This document shows positions 54,419-64,000 of a stretch of 64,000 nt of DNA, piece after piece; the stretch's first letter is position 1, and each line of letters opens with the position of its first letter. The notes below the pieces were generated by a model, which searched no databases, was not told the DNA's origin, and was given only the letters and a program-made list of their open reading frames with translations. Location of the stretch: positions 1,549-65,548 of IMG/VR virus record IMGVR_UViG_3300037840_000041; one strand, 5' to 3'. The stretch is from a virus (taxonomy: Duplodnaviria; Caudoviricetes). A program made the position numbers and the translations under genes.

Positions 54419-57400
54419 TCAGTAGCCTTCTACAACAGTGGTGACGCCGTTCACGGCGATAGTCGTGCCGGTATGATCGACCATGTGGAAGGTCAATTGC
54501 GAGAGCGTCAGCAAGTCGATGACATAGTTTGCGTCGGCCGAACCAGACCAGCTCATTGAGACAACCGGGAGCGGATGATTTGATGTGCCGCCCACCAAGG
54601 GGCCACCGTTGAACGGCTTCGACAGGATCGCATCGTCCGGCATGAACACGATTGTCAATCCTGCGGTAGTGACGTTGTTGCCGACGTAGTGATCGACCCG
54701 AGCGGGGATCGAGGCCTGCACCACGAGAGATGTGAGATAGGCGATGATGTTTTGTGTCGTCGTACTGAAGATCGCCCGATACTCGATATATTGCGCGCGG
54801 TAGACGCCCGGTACGTATCTCTGCCAGGCACCCCATTCGACTCCCGCATTGAAAAGGTCCGGGACATCGGTTGTATTAAACATGTCGGTCGGCGAGAACA
54901 TATCGTTCAACGATGCCGATGCGGTTCTGACTTCGATCCACACGTCGACGAACTGCCCACCTGCGGCATTGAGCACGTCAGGATCATTCAGAAAATCTGG
55001 ATTGGAAAGAACGTCGGTGCCCACCGGGATGCCGGCCGATGTCCAAGTGATATTGAGGTAGACGTCGGCGACATAGCCGACATTGAGTCCGAGTGACGGA
55101 TCGGCGGTATATGTGCCGCTCGTCGCCAGCGTGCCTAGATTCAAGATATCGGGTTCGGTGAGAATGCTCGGATCGGTCAGGACATCTCCGGTCCCGGTCA
55201 ACCTCAGCAGCGCGGTGGGGTTTGTCCCTTCTGATCCCACGTTGATGTAAGTCCCGATCCATCCAGCCGCCTGAAAATCAGTCGTCTGGATGATGTTCGT
55301 CGTCAGCATGTTGCCTTGTATCGTAATCGACTCGGCGGTCTCGCCATAGACGATCAAACCAGCAACAGGCTGACAGGTCGGCATGATCCAATAGGTATCG
55401 GCACCGAAGCAAATGAAGGGCGGGTGAGCGACCGACCCGAGGTCTTGCCCGCCGGCGAAGCTCGTTCCTTTCCTGATGATGTAGCGAATGCCTGTTCGGA
55501 AGTCGCTAATCTCCTGCCACCACATCTCGGTGAACTGGTCCTTAAAGACCGTTCTAACCTCGGTGACCGCAGGAAGCGGCGAAGCCAGTGCAGCGCCGGT
55601 GATGACATACGCATAGGCCGGGACATCAGCGAGAGTGTTCGGCGTGACGCCCCAAATGTTGAACGGCAAAAACTTCAGATAGATCGTCGCGCCGATCCGC
55701 GTTTGATCGTAGGGCACTCGCAAGATGCCGTTGTCGAGCCGCGCGAAGCTTGCGCCGATTGCATGATTGACGATCGAGGACTCGGTGCCGTAGGCCCCTC
55801 GCACAAGGTATGTCAGATTATAGGCGTCCGTCCCCGTTAGGGTTGCCGTCTGATAGGCGACGACCTCGCCGTCCACCCAGCACGCCGTATTGAGCGCCAA
55901 CGCATCCGCCTGCGAACCTGACGAAAGCACGCCGCCGCTCTCAGCCAGGTTGACCGACAGCGTGTTTACCGTGTCGATCGTCTGCCCTATCGGGTTCACC
56001 GCGATCACCGGCAGGGCCGCGGTCAGCGCCCCCATCCTCGCCGAACCATACTGTCGGCCATTCGCTATTCTGGCGAAAGGCCCGGTCGCACCGTTGTAAG
56101 AAATATAGACGTCGCAGCCACCGTACAGCGATTGATTGACGCCGGAGATCGCGGCCCACACTTCGAGGCCGCCGGCGAGCTCGTCGGTTGGCTCAAACAA
56201 GATCGGCGGATTGATCTGGCCAGGATCGGCATTGTAGTTTGGCTTGCTCCCTGAACTAGCCTGCTGGCCGTACAGCGGGGACGCGCCGGTGCCCTCGAGA
56301 TATTCCTCGACCAACAGGTTAAGCGTGCGGTCCTGATTCTCGACGATGCTGAGGATGCGCACCCATTGCCGGGCCAGCCCAAGGCCGACATCGGTCAAGG
56401 TAATGATATCGCCGGGCTCCAACAGGATGAAGCGCGGTCGCACCGTCAACGCATAGTTGTTCGCGATCTTCTCTCGACCGAGAGCAAGTTGCGCGGCCAT
56501 CTGCGCGGATGATGCGCTGGTGAACCAATGCCAGGAATTGACGCCCTTTGACCCACGCTCTCCATAAAGAAGGATCGCGCCATCATCCTGAACTTGAATT
56601 GAGGATGGATTGTAGTCGTTGGTCCGGTCGAAATATTCGACCTTGATGACGTTGTTCTGAGAACGAGCCGGTTTCTGCTGACCCGACACCGGGTCGGCGT
56701 TGACGCCGCCGAAGCTGTTCTGATTCGGTAGATAATCCGCGTCCGTCAGATCGTAGACCGGCGCCGTCGGGGGATTGTAAGATCCTTGAGCAGCGACGGT
56801 GAAATTGATGTTGACGCTGGTGCCGGCATCAAGCGGGCAGAACGAGTAAAAGCCGTTAGGGCTGAGTTCGTATTGACCTGGCAGCAACGCCGCCCACCGC
56901 GGTATTGAGACCTTTGTGAGCGGGACTAACGTGGCCGAATTAACCACGCCGAGATCGGCCACGAAGCTGGCGGCCGTTCCAGCTTGAACGTCATAGGAAC
57001 CATCCGGCACAGATTGAATCACGACGACCAAGGTGCTCGGCGTGATGGCCCCGGCGACAATCGACTGGTCGCCCCGCGGCACGAGCTTGAGCACCGCCTC
57101 CGACCAAACCGGCATGACGTTGTGCGATGTCAGCAGCTCGTCGAGAAACGACGAAGCACTTTGCTGCGATGTCATCGCGTAGGAAATCAAAAGCCCCGAG
57201 GCGATCGTATAGCCCTTGGTGTAACTCCAATCTGCGTTGTAAGCGTTTGACCAGCCGGGCACGCCATAATTGGCGTTGCCGAGAAAATCGGCGACGACGC
57301 CAGTTAGTTCGGCATCCGGGTAACCGGCTCCTGAAAGAGTCGCCGCGCCCTGAACCTCAAACGTCCAGTTTGGAAGTTCGGCGGATGATCCAAGATTGAT

Positions 57401-57841
57401 CGTGCCCGGCACATAGGATGTCAGGCGATAGGCGAATGCCTGCGTCGGGTGATTGGCGGTCAGATAGGACCATGGCAACTGCGTCTGGTCGCCGTAAAAA
57501 AAACCGAAGCCGACATTGGTCAGCGAGGTTATGGCCTTGCCGGTCCACATCACGCCGGTCGGCGTGGCCGGTCCTTCGGTTAACGCGATCTCGAGCGATG
57601 CGGCGTAGACAAAGGATGTCCCGGAAGGGCTGCCGAAGATCCCGCCCTTTCCACCTCCAGCACTCGAATTACTCGTAATCGCCTGGGCGATAAAATCGCC
57701 ATACCAAATCAGGTTGCCGGCGAGCCTCGCGGTGCCCCACACGATCGGGCGAGCGAGCCCGATGACCGATGTCTGAACCCGAAGCGCTGTATCCGGGCCG
57801 GTTTGGGCTGCAGCTGTTCCCGAGCCAAATAAAGTGGACAT
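54419..57841 (-). CDS. Tail tip / central tail fibre (host-specificity J-like)
   Basis: 1140 aa; 'VQTS..G...PIVWG..RL.GN.IW', 'LEPGDI.TL', 'L.YL.RGAYGT', 'IYLKF..FN.WG'. Confidence 0.88.
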   Translation of the reverse strand: MSTLFGSGTAAAQTGPDTALRVQTSVIGLARPIVWGTARLAGNLIWYGDFIAQAITSNSSAGGGKGGIFGSPSGTSFVYAASLEIALTEGPATPTGVMWTGKAITSLTNVGFGFFYGDQTQLPWSYLTANHPTQAFAYRLTSYVPGTINLGSSAELPNWTFEVQGAATLSGAGYPDAELTGVVADFLGNANYGVPGWSNAYNADWSYTKGYTIASGLLISYAMTSQQSASSFLDELLTSHNVMPVWSEAVLKLVPRGDQSIVAGAITPSTLVVVIQSVPDGSYDVQAGTAASFVADLGVVNSATLVPLTKVSIPRWAALLPGQYELSPNGFYSFCPLDAGTSVNINFTVAAQGSYNPPTAPVYDLTDADYLPNQNSFGGVNADPVSGQQKPARSQNNVIKVEYFDRTNDYNPSSIQVQDDGAILLYGERGSKGVNSWHWFTSASSAQMAAQLALGREKIANNYALTVRPRFILLEPGDIITLTDVGLGLARQWVRILSIVENQDRTLNLLVEEYLEGTGASPLYGQQASSGSKPNYNADPGQINPPILFEPTDELAGGLEVWAAISGVNQSLYGGCDVYISYNGATGPFARIANGRQYGSARMGALTAALPVIAVNPIGQTIDTVNTLSVNLAESGGVLSSGSQADALALNTACWVDGEVVAYQTATLTGTDAYNLTYLVRGAYGTESSIVNHAIGASFARLDNGILRVPYDQTRIGATIYLKFLPFNIWGVTPNTLADVPAYAYVITGAALASPLPAVTEVRTVFKDQFTEMWWQEISDFRTGIRYIIRKGTSFAGGQDLGSVAHPPFICFGADTYWIMPTCQPVAGLIVYGETAESITIQGNMLTTNIIQTTDFQAAGWIGTYINVGSEGTNPTALLRLTGTGDVLTDPSILTEPDILNLGTLATSGTYTADPSLGLNVGYVADVYLNITWTSAGIPVGTDVLSNPDFLNDPDVLNAAGGQFVDVWIEVRTASASLNDMFSPTDMFNTTDVPDLFNAGVEWGAWQRYVPGVYRAQYIEYRAIFSTTTQNIIAYLTSLVVQASIPARVDHYVGNNVTTAGLTIVFMPDDAILSKPFNGGPLVGGTSNHPLPVVSMSWSGSADANYVIDLLTLSQLTFHMVDHTGTTIAVNGVTTVVEGY

Positions 57842-57854
57842 GCGCGGGGAGCCT

Positions 57855-58292
57855 CTACCATGCCGAATAAATCTTCTTTTTGGATTTCGCGATTATCCCG
57901 AATTCGGTCTCGTTGCCTTCGACGACGCACCTGTCCGGCGCGTAAGCGTGAATGATTCGAAGCGGCTCGACCTGGGAGACGATCGCGCCATGCGCAAATT
58001 GCTTGCCCTGAAAATAAAGGACGATATCACCGATCTTGGGCTCGGTGACTTCCTTGCCGCCGTTGTTGGTGATCGCGGTCTCGTAAAGCGGCTCGGTGCT
58101 GTGAAGATGCCATTGATCGGAATACTGCCCGACGTCGATCGGTGGCCTCACGCCTGCCTCGGTGAAGGCCAGCGAGATCAGTGTGGCGCAATCGACGCCG
58201 ACTCCCTTGAGCTTGGCGTTCGATCGGTAGGGAGTAGCGATATAGCTGCGGGCGGCCGTGACAACTGCGGCGCGCTGCTGATCTTCGGTCAT
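57855..58292 (-). CDS. Tail-associated NlpC/P60 peptidase
   Basis: 'ARSYI.TPY......G.GVDCA.L' and 'HGAIV...IHAY'. Confidence 0.9.
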   Translation of the reverse strand: MTEDQQRAAVVTAARSYIATPYRSNAKLKGVGVDCATLISLAFTEAGVRPPIDVGQYSDQWHLHSTEPLYETAITNNGGKEVTEPKIGDIVLYFQGKQFAHGAIVSQVEPLRIIHAYAPDRCVVEGNETEFGIIAKSKKKIYSAW

Positions 58293-58314
58293 TTAAGAAT
58301 ACCAAGGTTTGAAA

Positions 58315-59217
58315 TTACAAACTGGTTTCGGGGGCAGGTATTAAGGTGAAGCCCCCATGATTCAGCACGTTGCCGAACCTTGTGCATGTCGCCACCGTCT
58401 TGTCGCAGCCAGGATAGATCGTCGCCAGATCACCCGGCGCTACCGTCCACGGCATCGGCGCCAACAATGTCAGTGCGCCGGTCGCTCCGATCGACGTGCG
58501 GATCATCATCCGTAGCCCAGCGTTCAGGCCAGATGTGAATGCGATATTGCCGAGTGCGTAGTAGCCGTCCGCCCGAGTCAGGTCGTTCATCGCGAACTGT
58601 TGCGTCGATGTCACCGCGCCGATCGTCACCGCCTCGGCAAACGCCGCTGCATTCAATGTGCACTGCGGACTGAAAAGAGCATACCGGCATTCGACCGTGA
58701 ACAGGTTGCGCGGCATGTCGATGTCGAGCAGTTCAAGCGGGCTGTTGATGTTGATCTGGATTGAGCTTCGGCCGAAGTCGATCTCCGCTACCCGACCGAA
58801 GAACACATTCACTAGACCGACAGGAACCAGCGATAACGTCGGCGTGGCGGGCCACGCTGCCACATATCCGCGGTCAACGCGGACCATCGCCTCTTGCATG
58901 ATCCCGGCGCGGACGGCGGATGCCCACGGGAGTGAACCGATCATATCGGTCGTACGCGGCATCACCGTGACAGCCCACGTTCCAACATTGAACCCGGAAG
59001 TCCAACTCGCACGCGGGCCTGAGTCCGTCGCCTCATCGATCGGGATGCCGCCATTTCTCGCCGACAGCCATGTGTTGCCGCCGAACACAATGTCGAACGG
59101 GCATGTCGAATAGCGAAGCACGAAGCCCGAGGTCAGCGTGAAGGTATAGAGATCGAACTGCTCGAACGGCTGGTCAGTCGAAAACAGCGTGAGCAGTGCC
59201 GAGTTCGCCGACTTCAT
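58315..59217 (-). CDS. Baseplate hub protein (DUF2163 / BR0599 C-terminus)
   Basis: Start ATG 59217; 'PRNL....C...LF...C' and 'PGCDKT..TC..F.N..N.GGF..IP'. Confidence 0.88.
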   Translation of the reverse strand: MKSANSALLTLFSTDQPFEQFDLYTFTLTSGFVLRYSTCPFDIVFGGNTWLSARNGGIPIDEATDSGPRASWTSGFNVGTWAVTVMPRTTDMIGSLPWASAVRAGIMQEAMVRVDRGYVAAWPATPTLSLVPVGLVNVFFGRVAEIDFGRSSIQININSPLELLDIDMPRNLFTVECRYALFSPQCTLNAAAFAEAVTIGAVTSTQQFAMNDLTRADGYYALGNIAFTSGLNAGLRMMIRTSIGATGALTLLAPMPWTVAPGDLATIYPGCDKTVATCTRFGNVLNHGGFTLIPAPETSL

Positions 59218-59846
59218 TGCTGCACCGTCGAGAACTTGACGGACTTCGCCTCCCACAGGCCTTTCCCATTCAATCTGGTGAACTGCGAAAACTCCTGGGC
59301 GTCTTGGTCGAAGCGGCACAGCCAATTGTAGGAAAAATCTGCTGTGACCACCCGGCCGGCGACAACCGGCACCACAAACCTGATACCATAGTTAGTGCCG
59401 TAGTTTGATGTCGATAGGATGCTGTACCCTGTGGTGAGCGGCTGCGCGATGCCATTGATGTAAACGACCAAGCCTGCAGCAATCGCATCCTGAATCGGGT
59501 CGGCTACACCGACCATCGTGCGAACAAAACCAAAATCCGTCGTGGTGCCATCGCCGACGCCGAGCGATTGTCCCGTAACCTGATTGTCGTCCGGATCATT
59601 GAAGTGGAACGGCAGGCCCTTCCCAAGACGGGCCTGATAAAACGACATCAGCGTTTGGATCTCGAGCGTCGCATTATCGGCCCGCAAGAACTCAAACGGT
59701 AGATCGTAGCTATAGACCGCATAGGGCTGCGGCGATTGCGTCGTCGAATTGCCGGCGACGGCCTTGTGTTCGATCGTCTGGAACGTCGGGGAACGCTTGA
59801 CCGGGAAGGACAAGCCCGGAAGCGTAGGAAAGGTGGGGAACGCCAT
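59214..59846 (-). CDS. Distal tail protein (DUF2460)
   Basis: 'L..FY.AR.G....F.F.DP.D....Q..G.GDG.TT.F','TADF......RFD.D'. Confidence 0.88.
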   Translation of the reverse strand: MAFPTFPTLPGLSFPVKRSPTFQTIEHKAVAGNSTTQSPQPYAVYSYDLPFEFLRADNATLEIQTLMSFYQARLGKGLPFHFNDPDDNQVTGQSLGVGDGTTTDFGFVRTMVGVADPIQDAIAAGLVVYINGIAQPLTTGYSILSTSNYGTNYGIRFVVPVVAGRVVTADFSYNWLCRFDQDAQEFSQFTRLNGKGLWEAKSVKFSTVQQ

Positions 59847-61957
59847 TATCGAGAACTCGGGTTCATGGCCATATGGCCATTAAGAGCCTGAGCCATCGTG
59901 CTGGCGTAGGTGCGGAACAGCCCGGCGATCGACGGCCCATCGACCATCATGCCGTGGAAGTGGACGCCGCCACCGGCGAAGGCGCCACCGCCCTCAGCCA
60001 TATCACGGAAGGCCTGCGCGGCCGGCGCCGGCAGAACCGTCTCGTTGTCGTGCAGTTGCCACAGGCCGCCGCTGACCTGATAGGCACCTGTCTCCGCTGA
60101 TGCCACTGCCATCGTTGTTGCCGCAGCATCGACCTCGGCCGATACGCCCAACGCGGCGGCGGGCGCGCCAGGCCCGAGAAGTGGTGCGAAGAACGCCGCA
60201 GCACCGGCATAGACCTGCGCGACTTTCTGCTGGATCGAAGCGAGCGCCGATGGCACCTGTGCGGCGGTAGCCGCCGCGGCTGCGGCCGTGCTCTCGACAG
60301 TGGCGGCTTTGTCGGCGGTCGCCATCGTCAGCTTCCCGACAGCCCACTGCACCACCATCTTCTCGACCGCCTGGATGAAGGCGATAACCAAGTCACCCAA
60401 GATAGATTTGAAAGCCGTTGCCCACGAAGTAGTGCCGGCGAGCAAACCACGAAGCTGCGAATTGAACGCGCTCAGAATCGTGTTGCCCATCTCCTGCCAT
60501 TTAGCTTGCACGGCGGCGACGGTCTCACCATTCAGCTTGACGGTTTCGGTCGCGTAACGCTGCTCAAGCTGGGATATTTTGTTGAGCACCGTCTGCCGCT
60601 GTTCGGCAGACAGATTGCCGATCGTCAACTCTTTCTGCAGAACGTCGTATTCAAGCGCGACTTCCTCCATCGTCGCGCGCTCGACAGCCGCGATTTTCGC
60701 GCCTTGGCCGATCTGGAATTGTGCGACCGCCTGATCGAGCAAAATCTTTTGCCGAGCGAGTCCGTCTTGTAAGACTTTAACCTGATCGTCCGCAGCCTTC
60801 AGTGCGGCACTGGCCGTGTCGGCACCGAAGCCCAACGCACCGACGCTCGGCTTGTTAGACGGAGGCTTGAGCGCGCCCTGAAGCGCGAATTGTCCGGTAA
60901 GAGCGATCTTGCCCATCGCCAACAGATGCGCCCTTAGATTTTCCTGCTGCTCTTCAAAGTTGGATTTCCACGCCGCCCGGACACCATCCCAATCCAGCAT
61001 AAAGAGCGCTTTGACTGCAGCGGCGGCCTTGACGATGTTGATGATCCACGACTGAAGCAGGTAGTCCAGTTGGACTATGAGGTTCTCGAAAACCCTCCCT
61101 GATGCGGTGACCTGGGCTGCGGTGGTGATCCAGTTTTGCAACCCGGTCACGACGATGTTGATCGATGTCGCGAAGCGCGCGACCAAAGCGGCCGACGCGC
61201 CCTCAGATGCCGATTTCAGCAACACCAAATTTCTGTGCACGCTGGTCAGCGCGTCCACCGTCTCGCCGGATAGCGTCGCGCCGACGAACGTGGCGCTTTG
61301 CTCCATCGAGACGAGGCCCTCGCGCCCCTGCGCAAGCATCGGGATCAGCGATTGCATCCCGCGGCCGCCGAGCGCCATCAGCGCTTGGCTGAGGTTGAAA
61401 TCCTGATTGAACTTCGAGGCCGCGTCGGCGATCTTCAAAATATATTCGTTTGCGTTAAGCCCGATGAAGTCCTTTGCGCTCAGGCCAAGCTTTGAGAGCG
61501 CCAGCGCCGCCGGTGAGGTCGCGCTCGTCGCCGATCGCTGAATATTCAGCGCCAAGCGCTCGACCGTCATGGTCATTGTCTCAAGCGAACCGCCGGTCGA
61601 TTCCGCGACAACCTTCAGTTTGCCGACTTCCTGAGTCGAGACGCCGAGGATAGCGGCCGTCTTTTCGGTTTGCGTTCCGAGTTCGGCCATCCGCTCGATC
61701 AGCGCGATGATCTTCTCGATCGCGAACGCCGCGACGAAGCCCTCCGCGATCTCACCGAGATTGTCATGGACGGCGCGCAGCGGCGACGTCAGACCTTGGA
61801 GGGCTTCCCTGATCTGGGACATCGCCCCGCCAGTATGATCCCCGACCTCGGATGCTTTGGACTTGATCGAGTCCAGCGACGAGTTGACCTGCTTGATCCC
61901 GCCGACCAGATCATCGATCTTCGCGCCGAAGGTTACCTGAACGGTATCGTCAGCCAT
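59846..61957 (-). CDS. Tape measure protein (703 aa)
   Basis: Long Ala/Leu-rich helical protein between tail chaperones and distal tail gene. Confidence 0.92.
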   Translation of the reverse strand: MADDTVQVTFGAKIDDLVGGIKQVNSSLDSIKSKASEVGDHTGGAMSQIREALQGLTSPLRAVHDNLGEIAEGFVAAFAIEKIIALIERMAELGTQTEKTAAILGVSTQEVGKLKVVAESTGGSLETMTMTVERLALNIQRSATSATSPAALALSKLGLSAKDFIGLNANEYILKIADAASKFNQDFNLSQALMALGGRGMQSLIPMLAQGREGLVSMEQSATFVGATLSGETVDALTSVHRNLVLLKSASEGASAALVARFATSINIVVTGLQNWITTAAQVTASGRVFENLIVQLDYLLQSWIINIVKAAAAVKALFMLDWDGVRAAWKSNFEEQQENLRAHLLAMGKIALTGQFALQGALKPPSNKPSVGALGFGADTASAALKAADDQVKVLQDGLARQKILLDQAVAQFQIGQGAKIAAVERATMEEVALEYDVLQKELTIGNLSAEQRQTVLNKISQLEQRYATETVKLNGETVAAVQAKWQEMGNTILSAFNSQLRGLLAGTTSWATAFKSILGDLVIAFIQAVEKMVVQWAVGKLTMATADKAATVESTAAAAAATAAQVPSALASIQQKVAQVYAGAAAFFAPLLGPGAPAAALGVSAEVDAAATTMAVASAETGAYQVSGGLWQLHDNETVLPAPAAQAFRDMAEGGGAFAGGGVHFHGMMVDGPSIAGLFRTYASTMAQALNGHMAMNPSSR

Positions 61958-61964
61958 CGCTACC

Positions 61965-62267
61965 TCACATGCTGCCGATGCCCGGGATCTTGCCGCCCGT
62001 TGTGTTCATCATCATCTGCGCCTCTTCCGGCGTACTGATGTGCTGAGGGCGGACGACGCGCTTGACGCCAGCGAACGCGGCGACAATCTGATAGAGAGGC
62101 GGGATTTTTTCCCAGCTACGGCGAAGGGAGACAAGCTGCCTCGAATCGAAACCATCAAGCACAGCATCGGGAAGCTGCCCCGTCTCCCTGACGATCTGAG
62201 TTATCAGGTCGTCCCAGTCTTCGATCAGTTGCTCGCGGGTTCTGCGGCCGCCGCCGCCGCTTCCCCC
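61965..62267 (-). CDS. Tail assembly chaperone GT, -1 frame segment
   Basis: The -1 frame is open from slippery GGGGGAA (62261-62267) to the stop at 61965. Confidence 0.75.
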   Translation of the reverse strand, partial: GGSGGGGRRTREQLIEDWDDLITQIVRETGQLPDAVLDGFDSRQLVSLRRSWEKIPPLYQIVAAFAGVKRVVRPQHISTPEEAQMMMNTTGGKIPGIGSM

Positions 62268-62599
62268 ACCTTGGCGATCTCCAATCCGGCGGCTTTGCCG
62301 ATCACCGGGAACGCGTCGATCAATTCCGGAGGTTTGACCGGCATATCCATGAACGCGTCAAACGTGAGGCCAGGATAGGCGCGGTGCAATCCGCAATGGA
62401 CGGCCTCGTAAAGCTTCTCAAGTTGATCGCCGCCAAGGCGCATCATATCGCTGGAAACGGCGAGGCCGCCGGCGACCTTGACGAACGCGATGATAGACCG
62501 CGCGCTCATGGGCGGGACCGCCCACATCTTGCCGGCGAGTGCGATCGTCGGCTCGTCTTTCCACTCTTGCGGGATGTTGTTTGCAGGGGCTTCGGTCAT
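62225..62599 (-). CDS. Tail assembly chaperone G
   Basis: Between tail tube and tape measure genes; GGAG RBS. Confidence 0.8.
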   Translation of the reverse strand: MTEAPANNIPQEWKDEPTIALAGKMWAVPPMSARSIIAFVKVAGGLAVSSDMMRLGGDQLEKLYEAVHCGLHRAYPGLTFDAFMDMPVKPPELIDAFPVIGKAAGLEIAKVGEAAAAAAEPASN

Positions 62600-62614
62600 G
62601 GGTTCTCCGTTGGT

Positions 62615-63385
62615 TTACGAGACTTCAGGGTAAATGAAATCGTAGACGTTGCCGGCATTGTTGGCGAACACGCTGAAATCCAACTCCGGCAAGATGTAGT
62701 CCTCAAGCTTGCTGGCGATCGTCAGCTTGCTGGCGACGCACGCATAGAGCCGGTAGGCGAACGGCTTCGACGTCGGCTGATTCAGATTGGTCCAATAGTC
62801 GAGCTGGAATGTCGGCGTATTGCCGATCACCTGGTTCTGCACGCTAAGCGTCTGGCCGCTGGCCGTGGTCGACCGATAGGTGATCTTTACGTTCGCCAGC
62901 GTATCGGCGACGGCAAAGACGTACTTGCCTTTGTTGGCACCGGTTTCGGTCACGCTGTAGAGACCGACCGCTTCGGAGCCAGCCGTCACGCGCTGGAACG
63001 GCAACCCGGTGGCCGCGTAGGTCACGCCGAGATCGGAATCGAACGTCGCCGCGTTGGTAACGGTGACCGTGTATGGCGTAGCCGGCACCGCCTGGGCTTC
63101 GCCGACGTTCCAGATCACACCTCCCGAGGTAAACGATTGGGCGAACATCACCGCGTTCCAGGCCAGCCCTGACAGGACGGCGGCCTTGATCTTGCCGGTC
63201 ACCTTGATGGTGCCCTGCGCGACCACCAGCGGGAATTTGTTTTGCCCGTACAGCTCTTTGTTGGTCGCCGCTGAATCGAGTGAGAGTTCCTGCGCGAAAC
63301 CAATATTTACCGAAGGCCCATTGGCAATATCGGTGCGCTTGACGATGCAGATGCCGGGGCCGAACGCTGCGAGTGGCGTGGACAT
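62615..63385 (-). CDS. Major tail tube protein
   Basis: 'FG.G', 'QE.S.D....KELYGQ..FP..VA.G..KVTGK.K.A', 'K..DY..PE.DF'; no sheath gene nearby. Confidence 0.85.
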   Translation of the reverse strand: MSTPLAAFGPGICIVKRTDIANGPSVNIGFAQELSLDSAATNKELYGQNKFPLVVAQGTIKVTGKIKAAVLSGLAWNAVMFAQSFTSGGVIWNVGEAQAVPATPYTVTVTNAATFDSDLGVTYAATGLPFQRVTAGSEAVGLYSVTETGANKGKYVFAVADTLANVKITYRSTTASGQTLSVQNQVIGNTPTFQLDYWTNLNQPTSKPFAYRLYACVASKLTIASKLEDYILPELDFSVFANNAGNVYDFIYPEVS

Positions 63386-63400
63386 TTGAGACGCTCCTTC

Positions 63401-63943
63401 TCAGGGGATGAGGATTTTCACAGGGACGGTCAGCATCGCCAGCCCGGAGGGATCGATATCGCCCGGGATGGAGTAAACATCGCCTTCGATCCAGCAGTTC
63501 GAAACAAACTCTCCGTTCGGGAGAACGTAGCGCAGCGTGATTGCGCCTTCCGAATCTTCCGAGGTATCGAACGCCTTGACGATCAAATCCAACAGCGGAT
63601 TGAGAACCTTGGAGCCCGTGGGCGTGCGGGCGGCACCCGCCGGCGTGTTGGCGTTCGGCTGCAAAGCATAGACGACGATCGTCAAGTTCATCGTCCGCTT
63701 GTGCGGAAGGCCACGGCCAGGGCTGACCACATGAATCTTCCCACCACCGAGGCCGACGCCCTCATAGAGCATCAGCATCGGGAATGTCAGCTGAGGACCG
63801 CCGCCGACCGTGGGCTGGGTCAGAAGATCGATGACATCCTGATAAAGCAGCACGCCGCGCGTGTAGCTGACAAAGGCCGCGCCGCACTTCGCGGTCAGGA
63901 AGTTGATGATCGCATCGGCGACGTCGTCGTAGATGTTACTCAT
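63401..63943 (-). CDS. Tail terminator/completion protein
   Basis: Directly upstream of the tail tube; 'V.NCWIEG......GD.....A...VPV.IL'. Confidence 0.75.
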   Translation of the reverse strand: MSNIYDDVADAIINFLTAKCGAAFVSYTRGVLLYQDVIDLLTQPTVGGGPQLTFPMLMLYEGVGLGGGKIHVVSPGRGLPHKRTMNLTIVVYALQPNANTPAGAARTPTGSKVLNPLLDLIVKAFDTSEDSEGAITLRYVLPNGEFVSNCWIEGDVYSIPGDIDPSGLAMLTVPVKILIP

Positions 63944-64000
63944 GCGTTGATCGGTCCCAGGATCGCTTCGCGCGCACCAGCGATCAATTGATCCTGCAAC

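Noticed and set aside
50923-57841. Diversity-generating retroelement or invertible fibre cassette
   Set aside because: No reverse transcriptase or invertase recognised, and no template/variable repeat pair seen by eye
57855-59846. Gene transfer agent cluster
   Set aside because: DUF2460/DUF2163/NlpC genes are GTA-like but sit in a full phage genome with its own replication, recombination and lysis modules
1-64000. tRNA, rRNA or tmRNA genes
   Set aside because: No cloverleaf with a T-loop consensus recognised in the intergenic gaps by eye; a tRNAscan/Infernal run would be needed to exclude them

Overview
The window is almost certainly a nearly complete, circularly permuted genome of a tailed dsDNA phage (long non-contractile tail) infecting an alphaproteobacterium, most likely Hyphomicrobiales/Bradyrhizobium-like. 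The host inference rests on a DUF3309 gene, an 'ASDLPTKAP' type outer-membrane protein, a SciP homologue and a GTA-type tail tip. The sequence opens inside the head module and closes inside the tail module, so only the neck genes appear to be missing. Layout: packaging and head genes (minus, 1-12.4 kb); small hypotheticals (minus, 12.3-17.1 kb); a replication/methylation operon with primase-helicase, RuvC-like resolvase and four DNA methyltransferases (minus, 17.4-28.3 kb); a divergent control region; an early operon with AAA ATPase, RecE/RecT, DUF5131, ExoX and ParB (plus, 28.9-44.2 kb); then lysis and tail genes (minus, 44.6-64 kb), interrupted by an intact IS1595 element carrying a PAPS-reductase-family passenger. 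No integrase was recognised. The most unusual signals are: (1) both tail-fibre genes begin with Sec-type signal peptides and have locally paired cysteines, close to a phage-encoded outer-membrane beta-barrel; (2) a SciP (CtrA-inhibitor) homologue is translationally coupled inside the head operon, with GapR-, GcrA/Myb- and CtrA/OmpR-like proteins elsewhere; (3) two non-coding GGGTAC arrays 11,380 bp apart share identical internal spacing and each abuts a TTGAC -35 box. All product names come from motif recognition by eye; no searches were run.
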